From Octopus sinensis (lineage: Eukaryota), in assembly GCF_006345805.1 (NCBI RefSeq), contig NC_043019.1, forward strand, positions 30,565,360 to 30,629,359: 64,000 nucleotides of DNA, written 5' to 3'. The number at the start of each line of letters is the position of its first letter. The first letter of the stretch is position 1. The notes beneath the pieces are model-generated. The model was not told the DNA's origin. It saw nothing but the letters and a program-made list of their open reading frames with translations, and ran no database searches. Below, in pieces: positions 28,760-42,929 of this stretch. Position numbers and translations under genes: made by a program.

Positions 28760-29204
28760 TTCGCACTTGGGTTTCAACGGAGTGTTAGATAACAGCTCAG
28801 TTATGTAACTCTGTGCTCTTCAGAGATAGCAGTTATGGTTGTTAGAGAATTATGACTTGACTAGCCCCGATTTTCTATCTTCTAATTCCCATGGATTATC
28901 ATGTGTGGGGCACAGCTGATAAAAACACCAACAGCTCTGCCTGTAACAACAAGGCTGAACTGGTGGACCAAGATCAATGTTTGAAGAATATCCTAGGGAC
29001 TCAGTGACAAATGCATGTGCCAGTTTCAGAAGCTGTCTTTAGGCCATGGTGGAAGCTGAGGGTGGTTACTTTGAATAAACTGTTATCTCCTTGCCATACT
29101 CTAGTTGATATTTTCTGATTTTTAATAAAATAACTTATTCTTATATGAGATAGTGTCTACTTTTTCTGTAATGCAAACTTTCAATTTCATTCAAACACCC
29201 TATA
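28760..29204 (+). mobile_element. Degenerate Tc1/mariner-superfamily (maT-like) transposase 3' relic
   Basis: NPMDYHVWG and NACASF...AMVEAEGGYFE* remnants; ends ...caccctata. Confidence 0.7.
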
Positions 29205-29869
29205 TATTGTCAGTACCATGGACTTAACTTGTAACTGTTCCAGGAGTATACCAGTATATATTATTATTATGTCCATATATATATATATGAATATTTCTCA
29301 ACTGATATCTTATTGAGGTTTTGTGATTCAATATCCTGAAACATTCTTTTCTACATTTAAGTTGTATAAATATATAAATGTCATAACCTGCCTTGGTAAC
29401 ATTTATTTGCTTGTCTATACTTTTATTCTATTATACATGTATAAGCTTGATTGAAACACTACCTGTAGGAGGTAATCCTTATTTAGGCAGCTTGCACTTT
29501 AAGTTGCAGGTCAAGTTGGAGGTTAGACAAGGAATAAACCTAAGCATTCACTGCATGCACCTGTTAACTTACATCGTCAGACATAACATTACCTGAAATC
29601 CTGAAATATATATATCTCCACACACACATGAACGCATGCACACAAAAGAAAAAGAAAGTGTGATATGGAACTGAGAAAAATTGAAAAAAAAACCAAACAA
29701 ACAGGTGCAGAAGTGGGTGTGTGGTAAGAAGCTTGCTTCCCAACCACATGATTCCGGGTTCAGTCCCACTGTGTTGCACCTTTTGCAAGTGTCTTCCATT
29801 ACAGCCTCAGGCTGACCAAAGCCTTGTGAGTGGATTTGGTAGATTGAAACTAAAAGAAGGTCGTATATA

Positions 29870-29915
<46 letters not shown>

Positions 29916-29962
29916 CACACACACACACATATATATACATACATACATATATATACATATAC

Positions 29963-30008
<46 letters not shown>

Positions 30009-30031
30009 ATATATGTATATATGTATTTATA

Positions 30032-30070
<39 letters not shown>

Positions 30071-30534
30071 ACACATATATATATATTTATGTATATATAT
30101 GTGTGTATTTGTTTGTCTGCGTTTGTCCCCCCACCATCTCTTGACAACCAATGTTGGTGTGTTTACATCCCCGCAACTTAGCAGTTCTGCACAAGAGACT
30201 GACAGAGTAAGTATTAGGCTTACAAAGAATAAGTCTTGGGGTTGATTTGTTTGACTAAAGGCAGTACTTCAGCATGGTTGTAATCACATGACTGAAACCA
30301 GTAAAAACCAAATAAAATTGCTGTAGCACTTCTAGGTCAGATTTGACAAGTTTAGAAAGTGAACAATGCTTATGGTTTGCCGTGTTTTATGTAACTTTAC
30401 AGGTAATAAAAGGTATTTACTCTTGACACTTATATTGGTGTCAGCCAGAGTCTGTGGCCTTGCTGGGGCACCACGTTTAGTATGATTGATTTTTTATTTC
30501 ACACCCACTTCCCAGTCTCCTTTCTCTCTCTCTG

Positions 30535-30835
30535 GAACTTTATAGACCAAGTTTGCAGGGGTGAATATCTCTAGCAAATATAGGATGGTCTACTTCCTCT
30601 CACAGGTACTACGACCACTCATCGAAGTGTCCCCAGATATTTGTGCAAGCATGGGAAACCTCCTCAGTAGAATCAGTGATTGTAAATGCTCCAACGATCT
30701 CATAAGTTGTGTAGTAGGCAGTATGGATGTGGCTTCACTCTATCCGTTTAGTGACAAAGATTTCTTTGTGGAAAAATGCCCTGAGATTATCTGTAAAAGT
30801 AATGTAGAGTTCCATGAAGTTAATCTGAGGGAACA
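30535..30835 (+). mobile_element. Penelope-like RT fragment (second family)
   Basis: YRPVC...LSQVLRPLI...ICAS..LLSRI...VVGSMDVASLYP matches the PLE RT motif region; truncated by a SINE at about 30845. Confidence 0.65.
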
Positions 30836-31458
30836 GTGGCTCCTTCATCTTCGTTTAGCGTCTGCTTTCCATGCTAGCATGGGTTGGACGGTTCAACTGG
30901 GGTCTGGAAAGCCAGGAGGCTGCACCAGGCTATAGTCTGATCTGGCAATGTTTCTACGGTTGGATGCCCTTCCTAACGCCAATCTCTCCGTGAGTGTAGT
31001 GGGTGCCATTTACGTGCCACCGGCACAGGTGCCAGACGAGGCCGGCAAACGGCCACGATCGGATGGTGCTTTTTACGTGACACCGGCACGGGTGCCAGGC
31101 GAGGCTGGCAACGGCCCTTAAAGGATAAAAAAAAGGGGAAATGACAAACTTGGTCTATGAAGGTTCCAACATAGAAACATCAGTGTTGAATACTTGGAAA
31201 TTTTGTACAGTCTGTTTTCTGGGCTGGGGTATGCTGCACCATGTCCCCATGTGTGTGTTGAGAAGGTTTTGTCATCCAGTCTGATTTGTTGTTGGTGAGA
31301 TTTCAGCTGCTCCTCTCATTTTGTGGCTAAGCTAAAGCTTTTGTCATCCATTGAACCAACTCTTATACTATGATTAAAAGCCATATTGACACTAACATTT
31401 TTTATGTCAATTGCTTTGGCCCACTTTAACAGTTTGGCTGTATTATTACAGTGGTCAC

Positions 31459-31577
31459 GTTTATGGCCATATCATATTGAAAGCTCTGGTTTATGTTTGA
31501 TCACCAAAGTTAAGCAACGTTGAGCCTAGTGAGTATTCAGATGGGTGACCACTTAGGAAACCTAGGTGCTGTACATG
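31459..31577 (+). pseudogene. 5S rRNA pseudogene
   Basis: 119 nt collinear with animal 5S rRNA (gatcaccaaagttaagcaacg...gatgggtgacc...ggtgctgta) with many C>T and G>A changes; single copy, no clear T-tract terminator. Confidence 0.85.
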
Positions 31578-31589
31578 TCTCACACATTT

Positions 31590-32410
31590 TCTGTCTGTCT
31601 TTATGTTCTGAGTTCAAATTCTGCTGAGGTCGACTTTGCCTTTCATCCTTTAGGGGTCGATAAATTAATTACTGGTTGCATACTGGGGTCGATCTAATTG
31701 ACTGGCTCACTCCCCAAAAATTTTGGACCTTGTGCCTAGAGTAGAAAAAAAAAATATTTAAGGCAGCAAGCTGTCAGAAACGTTAGCATGCCAGGCGAAA
31801 TGCTTAGCAGTATTTTGTCCATCTTTACATTCTGAGTTCAAATTCCTCCAAGGTTGACTTTGCCTTTCATCCTTTAGGGGTCGATAAATTAATTACTGGT
31901 TGCATACTGGAGTCGATCTAATTGACTGGCTCCCTCCCCCAAAATTTTGGGCCTTGTCACTAGAGTAGAAAAGAATAATACATAAGGCAGTGAGCTGGCA
32001 GAAACGTTAGCATGCTGGGCAAAATACTTAGCAGTATTTCGTCTGTCTTTACATTCTGAGTTCAAATTCTTCCGAGGTCGACTTTGCCTTTCAACCTTTC
32101 GGGGTCGATAAATTAAGTACTGGTCATGTACTAGGGTCGATCTAATTGACTGGGCCCCCTCCCTCAAAATTCTGGGCCTTGTGCCTAGGGTAGAAAAGAT
32201 TATTACAGTGGTCAGAAAGGCTGTGAGCTGACAGAAGTGCTAGCATGCCAAACAAAATGCTTAGTGGCATTTCTTCCAGCTTTTCACTTTCCGAGTCCAC
32301 ATACTGCCGAGGTGGACTTTACCTCTCTTCCTTACTGCCCAGGGGGGGGGGGGTCAATATTATTGACTTGCACCTCCTCTCAAAATCACTGACCTTGTTC
32401 CAAAACAAAG
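31590..32410 (+). mobile_element. Head-to-tail cluster of tRNA-derived SINE family C; other copies at about 34138-34570, 35925-36370 and 44163-44525
   Basis: Repeated ggcagtgagctggcagaaacgttagca...gagttcaaatt...gtcgactttgcctttcatcctttcggggtcgataaat. Confidence 0.8.
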
Positions 32411-32761
32411 AATTATTACAATGATTACACAAAAGTGTTTGCTTGCTTGTGTCAAATACAAACAATGGAATGGCCCTCTCTGGCATTCCTTTTGCTTTAC
32501 ATAAAACAGTATTTCCTTTACAGGCTCAATAAGGACAGTCTGTGGCGGATGTAGTGTTATTCAGAGAACACTTCCTTTTTCCTTGTCTTTCTTACTTTGG
32601 TTTCTTAGTTCTCTTTTTTACATTTTCATCTTCATTTTTTTCTCCAGTTTCGTTGTTGTCACTCCTAGTGTTTTCCGCTTTTTGTTTCTTTCAACATTTT
32701 AACTTACATACAGCTTAAAATAATATAAATATATCCTCACCATGAGATCACATGCCTTAAG

Positions 32762-32795
<34 letters not shown>

Positions 32796-32894
32796 TCGCA
32801 CTCATGTATATATATATAATATATATATAAATTTAATAAGAGGTTATGTTAACCTCATGAAGAGATGGCATATATATGGTGTATATATATCATC

Positions 32895-33155
32895 CAGAGG
32901 GGCAGACCCAATCCATAATATAATATGACATGTCAGATTAGCCAGAGAGGCAAACCGAACTCATAACATTACATGAAATGTCAGATTCGCCAAAGGGGCA
33001 AACCGAACCCATAACATTACATGACATGTCGAAGATTCGCCTGAAGGGCAGACCCAATCCATAACATTACATGACATGTGGAGATTCACCAGAGGGGCAG
33101 GGCCAAACCATAACATTACATGCATGTCAGAGATTCGTCAGAGGGGCAGACTGAA
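32895..33155. repeat. Minisatellite, about 48-bp unit, 5.3 copies
   Basis: cagaggggcaaaccgaacccataacattacatgacatgtcagattcgc units at 32895, 32943, 32991, 33041, 33090 and 33139. Confidence 0.9.
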
Positions 33156-33319
33156 TATATATATATATATACACACATGCATACACATACATTTCTCTCT
33201 CTGTATATGTGTGTGTGTGTATGTGTGTGTGTATGTGTGTGTGTGTGTATGTGTGTGTGTGTGTATGTGTGTGTAGCACTTTCTAATTTTGGCACAAGGC
33301 CTGCAATTTTTAGGGAGTG

Positions 33320-33358
<39 letters not shown>

Positions 33359-34094
33359 TAGAAATATACATATACGCACACAAATATAAATGTATATAGA
33401 TATATAAATGAACATGTATGTATATACCATGTGTGTGTATGTGAAAGCACACACTCACACGTGTATATATAACACAAGCCCTGCAGTTGTCTGTGGTTTC
33501 TGTCAGAGCCCAAAGAGGATAATAAGCACAAAGTCATGTAACTAGGCTAACCCCCACCCCCATGTTGTCCTTGGTTACTACCCCAACTCTTTGCCATTTT
33601 CTCAAAATACTGCCATCTAATTGTTGGTTTGACTCTTTACTCAGCTTTTTTAGACAACATTTTCAAAACATTGTCTTTTTTACATTGACCTTTATAGACC
33701 TTTATAGTTCACCGCCAATAGAGAAGGATGTATGTGGCTGACTGTTGAAAAAGCCCCTCTTCACCCTCATGGGGCCCCTGTATGATACTACAGTGCAATA
33801 CTTTTATCTTTTACTTGTCTCAGTCATTGGACTGCGGCCATGCTAGGGCACTGCCTCGAAGATTTAGTCAAAGAAATTTATTATATATCCTTATCTGAAT
33901 GCCGAATACATCACCATGTTCACCTTACAGACTGCACCTGTGTACATGTTTACTATATTTCTCACAAGCCATTTGTATACGGAAAACTCCCTTAGTGACC
34001 ATCATATTACAAAGTATGGAAGCCTGTGGTCGATATATTTGACTTAACCCCCACCCTGAAATTGCTTGCCTTGTGCCAAAATTTGAAACCATTA

Positions 34095-34138
<44 letters not shown>

Positions 34139-34600
34139 TATTTCTTTATTACCCACAAGGGGCTAAACATAGAGGGGACAAACAAGGACAGACATAGGTA
34201 TTAAGTCGATTATATTGACCCCAGTGCGTAACTGGTACTTAATTTATTGACCCCGAAAGGATGAAAGGTAAAGTCGACCTCGGCGGAATTTGAACTCACA
34301 ATGTAACGGCAGACAAAATACCGCTAAGCATTTCGCCCGACGTGCTAACGTTTCTGCCTACCATCAGAATTAAGGTGAGCTGGCAGAATTGTTAGCATGC
34401 CAGGCAAAATGCTTAGCATTTCTTCCATCTCAATATTCAGAGTTCAAATGTCACCGAGGTTGACTTTTCCTTTCATCCTTTTTTGGTCAATAAAATAAGT
34501 ACCTTGTCAATGTAATCGAACAAGCTCCTTCCTCCTGAAGTTTCAAGCCTCCTGCTTATTGTAGAAAGAATTATTATCATCAGAGTTGTATGATGTAAAG

Positions 34601-35028
34601 CAGGTGTTCTCAACCATTTTTTTTTTACCTACGGAACCCTTCTGGTTGTTATTTTATTCTGGTGGACCTTGCCCCCATAGCCATTCAATGTTTAAAAACT
34701 TAGATTTATAAATACTTCTTTCAAAATGCCTATTTTGTTTTTTGCACATTAAGTTGTATAGGTTGGACTATGTAAAATGTGGTTCTGAACTATTTTTTTT
34801 ATCTATGGACTCCTTTGATTACAATTTTATTCTGGTGGACCCTAGAAATGTTAGAGAAAGAAACTTAGCTGTTTCTTGTAATACATACCAATACATACAT
34901 CTAAATCAAAATTTTTGCGGGGGCCCTTGGAATATGTGGATCTCAATTTACTATTTTGTATGTGTGGAGCCCCCACAATTCTTATACGGACCCTTAGAGG
35001 GCATATGGATCCCAGTTGAGAACTACTG
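34601..35028. mobile_element. hAT-like MITE (CAG..GTTCTCAACC termini); relatives at about 61043-61466 and a partial copy at 4640-4872
   Basis: caggtgttctcaacc ... gttgagaactactg inverted ends; similar interiors across copies. Confidence 0.65.
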
Positions 35029-35413
35029 ATGTAAAGGATGTATCATCATCATCATCATCATCATCGTTTAACGTCCGTTCTCCATGCTAGCATGGGTTGG
35101 ACGGTTCGACCGGGGATCTGGGAAGCCAGAAGGCTGCACCAGGCTCCGGTCTTATCTGGCAATGTTTCTACAGCTGGATGCTCTTCCTAACGCTAACCAC
35201 TCCGTGAGTGTAGTGGGTGCTTTTTACGTGCTAATAATATTTTGGAAGGAATTCAAATTAACAGGATAAAAATTAAGTTTTTATGCCTAATCAACAACAA
35301 CAACAAAAAAATCCATCTTTTGTGTTTAAGAAAATAATCACTTTTTAATGTCTGTATAAATTATAATTTTCTGTTGCTATATTTTTTCCATTTCCATGGA
35401 AACAAATAAATTA

Positions 35414-35419
35414 TTTATT
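35414..35419 (-). terminator. Candidate polyadenylation signal of the ENPP-like gene
   Basis: AATAAA on the minus strand about 50 nt after the stop; the region is AT-rich, so it may be chance. Confidence 0.4.
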
Positions 35420-35471
35420 CAATAAACTCCCTGATATTTCTGTATGAGATTTGTCCTATGTTTTGTGTTAG

Positions 35472-35594
35472 TTACAATGAAGTTCTAGAAATAACAGCTT
35501 TTTCAGATGTCATTTCAGGGAAGAATTCCAAGTTGGTTAATAATTCCACATCTCTTATGCGGGCTTTATGGTTCTGTAGAATCCAGGATGGCGT
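35472..35594 (-). CDS. ENPP-like terminal exon: TPSWILQNHKARIRDVELLTNLEFFPEMTSEKAVISRTSL*
   Basis: ttacag acceptor, HxARIRDVExLT motif, TAA stop at 35474-35472. Confidence 0.92.
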   Translation of the reverse strand, partial: TPSWILQNHKARIRDVELLTNLEFFPEMTSEKAVISRTSL

Positions 35595-38500
35595 CTGTAA
35601 AATCAAAAAAAAAACAAAAACAATTTAACTCCAAGTCACATTATAATTATTGAAAAATCCAATATATGTATAAAAAACCATTATATTATTAAGATGATTA
35701 AACCCTTTTGTTACCATGTTTCTGTTGAGATGCTCTGTGTTCCTTTTAATTAATTTTAAATATAACAAAGAATTTAGTAAAATAACTTTGTTATCATTAA
35801 GCTAGTGTTAGAAACATATATTGTGACTAAGGTTTGGTGGAAAATTTTAATTCAGATCTTTTGGAAACAAGACATTTGTACTACAAGGCCAGAGGCGGTT
35901 TCAGGCGGGTTGGTATCAAAAGGAGTGAGATGGCAGAATCTTTAGCATGCTGGGAAAAATGCTTAGTGGCATTTTGTCCATCTTTATATTCTGAGTTCAA
36001 ATACTGCTGAGGTTGACTTTGCCTTTCATCTTTTCAGGGTCGATAAAAATAAGTACCAGTTGAGTACTGGGGTTGATGTAATCGAATAGTCTCCTCCTAC
36101 TAAATTCCAGGCCTTGTGCCTATAGAAGAAACAATTATTATTTCTTTACTGCCCACAAGGGGCTACACACAGAGGGGACAAACAAGGACAGACAACTGGA
36201 TTAAGTCGATTATATCGACCCCAGTACGTAACTGGTACTTATTTAATCAAACCTGAACGGATGAAAGGCAAAGTCGACCTCAGAGGAATTTGAACTCAGA
36301 ATATAGCAGCTGATGAAATACTGCTAAGCATTTCGCCTGGTATGCTAACATTTCTGCCAGCTCGCCGCCTTGAGCCTATAGAAGAAATGATTATATTATC
36401 AAGATGATGCAGCTGAAGTCTGTCGTAGTGTGAGGATTCAAATGAGCAGCATTGATCATTTAATAATCCTTAGTGATGATGACTGATGACTGATGGTTTG
36501 TTTTAAGTGAAGAATCATCGTGCTCCATTGACCTCACTGTCTCATTTTAAGATTACAGCAGTTATTTCCCTTGATTCAGTGAGTACACCAGAACTTATTT
36601 TTAGAACCTCATATCTAATGATTGGAAGCCAAATACCCTGACCGAATGGTAGTATGAGGATTCAAATGAGCAGCATTGATCATTTAATCATCCTTAGTGA
36701 TGATGACTGATGACTGATGACTGATGACTGATGGCTTGTTTTAAGTGAAGAATCATCGTGCACCATTGACCTCATTCTCTCATCCCGTGACCCTCTTCAA
36801 TGCAGTGGCAAGACCAAGTCCTGGTGACTGGGGATAGAGACGGACGCAGTGGGTGACCAAGATGTCTTATTTGATTAATCTTGCTCTCTGGATTCCACAA
36901 TGCATCGTTGTAGCTGCCTTTCTCCATTGTTGAACCACCTCAAAGCAACATAGCAACTCTTTTACAGATTTGCTAAACGAAAACCAATTTTCGATATGAA
37001 TATATCAGGGTAGACAGAGCCAAGTTGAAACTACATAAAAATGTCAAAAGTAAGACATGTGCCTTCAGAATCTCAACGTCACATTTCATTGATAATAAGA
37101 ATTTTATTCTGTTGTCTGGGGAGAGTCATTTTCTTTTTGTGCCTTATTATTTAACACACTCACTGGTAAAATTTCGTTGCGTGTTGCAACCTTTTCTATA
37201 ACTATTGAAAAGGTTGCAAGACGCAACGAAAATTTTAGGAAAATAAAAATAAGAAATAAGTGGAAATTTTACCGGTGAAAATGACTCTCTCCAGACACAA
37301 CAGAATATGCTTCAACACACGAACTCATATAAAGAAACTTGCAAACCAAATCCCAAAACGAAAAATAATTTTATTATTTTCCAAATTTTACTAAAATTGG
37401 CTACTGATGCAGGTGTTGCAAGAAGTTTACTTCCGAACTACAGGGTTCTGAGTTCAGTCTCACTGCCTGGTACCTTAGGTAACTGTCTTCTATTATAGCC
37501 CTGGGCCAATCAAAACCTCGATTGTAGATTTGGTAGACAGAAACTGAAAGAAGCGTGTGATTGCACTGTGATATTCACTTCTAATATACTACGAGAACAT
37601 TCCTGGCCATAGGGAATTGTTTACCTTTCCTGGAAACAGGTGAGAGTGGGCGACAGGAAGGGTATCTGATTGTAGAAAATCTGCCTCAATAAACTCTGTC
37701 TAACCCATGCAAGTTGGGAAAAGTGGGCGTTAAAATGATGATTTTCATATCTACCTAAATTTCTCCGAACTTGATATTTTAAGTTTACAGCAGTTGTTTC
37801 CCTTGATTCAGTGAGTACACCAGAACTTATTTTTAGAACCTCATATCTAATGATTCGTAGCCAAATACTCTGACCGAATGGTTAAGCCACGTGCCTTCGT
37901 GAGTCATTTACATTACTATGAGAAAATCTGTTTTTATGTCGTCGTCGCCATCAGAAAATATTGAATAGTGGCGAAAAGCAAAATTAAAAAAAGTCCAACC
38001 TAAACACACGCATCCTGACCGCGTAGCTGCGGCGGAAAAAACCTCACAAAGAACACGAAGAAATATTTATTTCATTTAGGCAGTTACTATAAACATCAAA
38101 GAAATAAACATGGAACACTACATGTTTTGATAAACAAATACAACACTATTACAAAAATAATTTTATAACAACGATTCAAGGGAGAGAACTTAGTTATAAA
38201 ATATATAAAGTTATTCCCCCTGTTTTCTGTACTGAATATCGGTTTCGGCATACCTACTTGAATATGTCCTACCTAATTTTATTTCCTCATTCCTTTCAAA
38301 AAGATATTTTGTAGTATATTTGCAACAAATACATTTCAGATGATGTAGATTCTGATTAAGCAGAAATTTGTGACGGAAAAGCTTTTCGTAGTGGAGGGGG
38401 AGAAGAGGATAATTCACACAAGCCAACATTGTTTTCTCACGATTAGGAAGATGGGTATTTTTTTGTGCATTTCCTCCAAATACCTTTCAGATGTTGTAGA

Positions 38501-40881
38501 TTACGGTTATATTGGAATTTAAAGTGAAAACAAAAGGAAAATATCGGTAGTCGCATACTCATACATAACGACACATCACATTTTTACCCCCAAGATTTCA
38601 GGTTTCATAGTATGTGTGTGTACGTGTGTTAGTTTACCTATGTGCACGCCCCGAATTTTGGTCAAAATTGTGACCCCTTCAAAGCGGTATCCAGCGCATG
38701 TGCCCTGCTTGCCCAACCCTATCTACACCCCTGAGGACAATGTCTGACTCTACAATTGCTTCAAATTCATTGTGTCTTTGGTCAGCTCCAGACACAAGTC
38801 CTTTCTGGGTTGTCATTAAAAACTCGTCAAAATAATGCTTGAAATATAAAATACACTCAGGTTTGCATACTCAAACTCTCCAACAAAGGAAACTCTACAT
38901 AGCAGTGACTGACATAAAAGAAATAGCAACCAAATATCACTCAAATCCCAGCCCCATCATCACCATCATTGTAGCCTTAACATTCATTTTTGCATGCTTG
39001 CATGGGTCAGATAATATACTGATGCAAATTTTTCTCTGCTAAATATCAATAACGTCAATAACTTCAGCATTAACATCTTAACAGTAACTGAAATTCAGTT
39101 AGCAAGAAACAGTACATGGTAGGGTGTAAAGCTTGGTGGTTGAACAGGTGTTAAGGTTATAGTGTGTGTAATTCCTTGTCTTTTATACATTGGGTTATAT
39201 AAGTTAACTCTACAGCAAACAGTTCATTTGATATATACACATTTAACCCTTTAGCAGTCAGATCACTCGGCCAAATGTAATGCTTATTTATTCAAATTGC
39301 TTTGAATTAACCATGTGTAAGAATTAACACTTCCTTCTCTAAGCCTAGATTCGAAACCGAATCCAAGAATTCTCGGTTGTTCAAACCATGACGATCAACA
39401 AGCGCGATAAAAGGTTTTCTTTGTTCTGTCAAAAATTGATTGATCATTTCCCTTTGACCTGCGACCTCAGCCATGTCGGGCAAAGTTCAACTGGACAGGT
39501 GTTGACCTATATAGGTACTAACTCTGCTGCAGTATGTCTGTTTTTCTAGCTGCCACAAATATTATAAAACCAAGTGAAACAGGAGAGACAGCAGACAATC
39601 TCAACAGAGACGGGAGCAGACAGATAAGATAGATTTATCTACGACCCAAGGTTTTTGGCAGACGACAGAGACAGAGGGAAATGCTTGAAGTGCCGATCGA
39701 CTACTGTTTCGAATGAAACACGCACACACACAAACATATTCATTCCTAATATGTACTCTGTATTTCTAGCAACTCCTAGCAGTTGCCTACATTTTGTATG
39801 TAGTGACCAGTCACTAAACCAACACTGTAAATAAATGCTTTTCAATCATAAATCGGTTTACGTATTTGTTTACATACACACTTAACCACTACACATGTGT
39901 TACCTTGTAGCTTTGAGATTTCAATGATGTGAATATTTTTCGAATGACATTGTAGGGTAGGTGTGAGAAGCTAGATCTGATCAATTTGAACACGAAACAG
40001 GTAGAATATTTGGGTTGGATATCACTGGTTTAAATGGTTAAGGGGTTTAATTTTACAAGCATACAATGAAAGACATAGTCAAGAAAAACCAATGAACATA
40101 TTTAAGGCATATGCAATAACTATATAGGCTACCTCTGTGCCATAGGTTTGCTCCAGTAGGGCTGGTTAATGTTACTCTAAAAAAAAGACAGTCAAAACAA
40201 AAATAGCAAAGTTTTCTTTTATCTAAGATGAAACTTACCCTGCAATATGAATGATCTCCAAGATCAGTGGGTAGGATGTACGCGACACTGTTTTCCAAAT
40301 CAGACTTTGTGTGATTGTAGGAGGTAAGTACAAGGAAAACGTGTGTTGGAACTGTTTCAGGAGAAAACCTGAAGTTGGAAAATATAAAATTATTTTAGAA
40401 AGCAAAATATCCATAATATATTATATTCACTGAAACAGAGTAACTGTAAACTATAGTGTGTTTCATCTTTTGTTGTTGTTTTCTTTTCATCTTTTAAATT
40501 TAGTGTTAATTCTGATTGATCACCTGCTTAGTAGCAAGGTCGTGAAAGAAAGCATCTTGTTTTGATCATATTGGGTTGTCCGGAGAGTTCGTGCTGATTT
40601 TTAAAGTAAAGAAAAAGGTCAATAAATTCTTGCCATTACATTTTTAATGTATATTTTCATTCAAATATATATTTGCTAGACATCGTTTACTTGTTTCAGT
40701 CATGTGACTGTGGCCATGCTGGAGCACCGCCTTTAGTCGAGCAAATCGACCCCAGGACTTATTCTTTGGAAGCCTAGTACCGGTCTCTTTTGCCGAACCG
40801 CTAAGTTATGGGGACATAAACACACCAGCATCGGTTGTCAAGCAATGCTAGGTGGGGACAAACACACAAACACATACACAC

Positions 40882-40922
<41 letters not shown>

Positions 40923-41406
40923 TGAATAAATGAAAGAATGGAGTCAAACGAAGATTTTAACAAAATTCCTTTACTCTCAACACATGTTTTGAAGACTGCA
41001 TACTCTTAATTCCGAAGGGATAAAGGGTGCATTATGCTGTCTTCTCATCAGGAAAGACAAGGAACCTCTATCAGCCTCAAGACGAACAAAAACTTTTTGC
41101 TGACTTTTTGTTCGTCTTGAGGCTGATAGAGGTTCCTTGTCTTTCCTGATGAGAAGACGGCATAATGCACCTTTTATTCCTTCGGAATTAAGAGTATGCA
41201 GTCTTCGAAACATGTGTTGAGAGTAAAGGAATTTTGTTAAAATCTTCGTTCGACTCCATTCTTTCATATAAAAAAAACACACAAATTTCCACACAAGAAC
41301 ATGGGGTTTCTGTCCTTGGCATGTAGCTTCAACCGTGTTTTCTGACGTGAATTTGCTACCCAGGTATTGATTAACCGAATTATCCATACTAGGATAATTT
41401 AATTCA

Positions 41407-41449
<43 letters not shown>

Positions 41450-42871
41450 GATGGGCTTCTTTCAGTTTCCACCAACCAAATCCACTCGCAAGGCTTTGGC
41501 CGGCCTGAGGCTATAGTAGAAGACACTTGCCCAAGGTGCCACACAGTGGGACTGAACCCGGAACCATGTGGTTGGTAAGCAAACTACTTACCACACAGCC
41601 ACTCCTATGCCTATATCTCTAAACAAAAATAATATTGGATAATATGTTAAGAGGTTAAAGTTGAAAAAGACTTAATTTAAAGCAAAAAAAAAAAGATCAC
41701 ATCACACAATGTCGGTTAACTTATGTTGACAACGTAAGTTGAGGTAAGCTTGTAGATGTTTTCTTCAAGATTTTGACACCTTTAAATATATCAGAATTGA
41801 AACTTACTTCCATATTGTTTCTTGATCATCAGCTCTTCCATCCAAATCATAATCAAATATTGGTCCACTGAACATATTGATCTCTGAGTAAGTGTTTAAC
41901 CATTCAGAAATCTTGTTTAATGCTTCATCCCACAACTCTAAAAATATAAAGATATAAAAAAATGTAGAAATGAGGATTGTTGTAAATATTGATCTTTTGT
42001 TTAACTTGAAATGAAGCCAATTCTTGTATATCTAAAAAAAAAAAAAGAAAAAATAATGGAGAGAGAGGGAGAGAAAGAGAGAGGGAGAGAGAGAAATGTG
42101 TTGGTGTTGGTTGAACTAACTCAAGTATTTTTCGGTACTCATTTTTGTTACTGCCTGAGGGATGGAGAATGAAGTGAACGAAAAATGGAAATTAAACAGG
42201 AGAGAGAGGGGGGGGGGGGGGGGAGAGAGAGACTATGTGTATAAGCGTGAGGAGAGAGAGAGAGAGACTATGTGTATAAGCGTGAGGAGAGAGAGAGAGA
42301 GAGACTATGTGTATAAGCTTGAGGAGAGAGAGAGAGAGAGAGACTATGTGTATAAGCGTGAGGAGAGAGAGAGAGAGAGACTATGTGTATAAGCGTGAGG
42401 AGAGAGAGAGAGAGAGACTATGTGTATAAGCGTGAGGAGAGAGAGAGAGAGAGACTATGTGTATAAGCGTGAGGAGAGAGAGAGAGAGAGACTATGTGTA
42501 TAAGCGTGAGGAGAGAGAGAGAGAGAGACTATGTGTATAAGCGTGAGGAGAGAGAGAGAGAGAGAGACTATGTGTATAAGCGTGAGGAGAGAGAGAGAGA
42601 GAGACTATGTGTATAAGCGTGAGGAGAGAGAGAGAGAGAGACTATGTGTATATGCGTGAGGAGAGAGAGAGACTATGTGTGCGTGTGAGTGTGTGTGAGA
42701 AAGAGAGAGAGAGACTGTGCGTGAGTGAGTGTGTGTGTGAGAAAGAGAGAGAGAGACTGTGTGTGTGAGTGTGTATGTGAGAATGAGAGAGTGAGAGAGA
42801 GACTGTGTGTGCGTGAGAAAGAGAGAGAGAAAGAAAGAAAGAGAGACTGTGTGTGTAAGAGTGAGAGAGAC

Positions 42872-42929
<58 letters not shown>

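Noticed and set aside
42222-42680. CRISPR-like array (constant 19-mer with intervening sequence)
   Set aside because: The 'spacers' are only (GA)n of variable length; eukaryotic context and no cas genes. It is a compound minisatellite.
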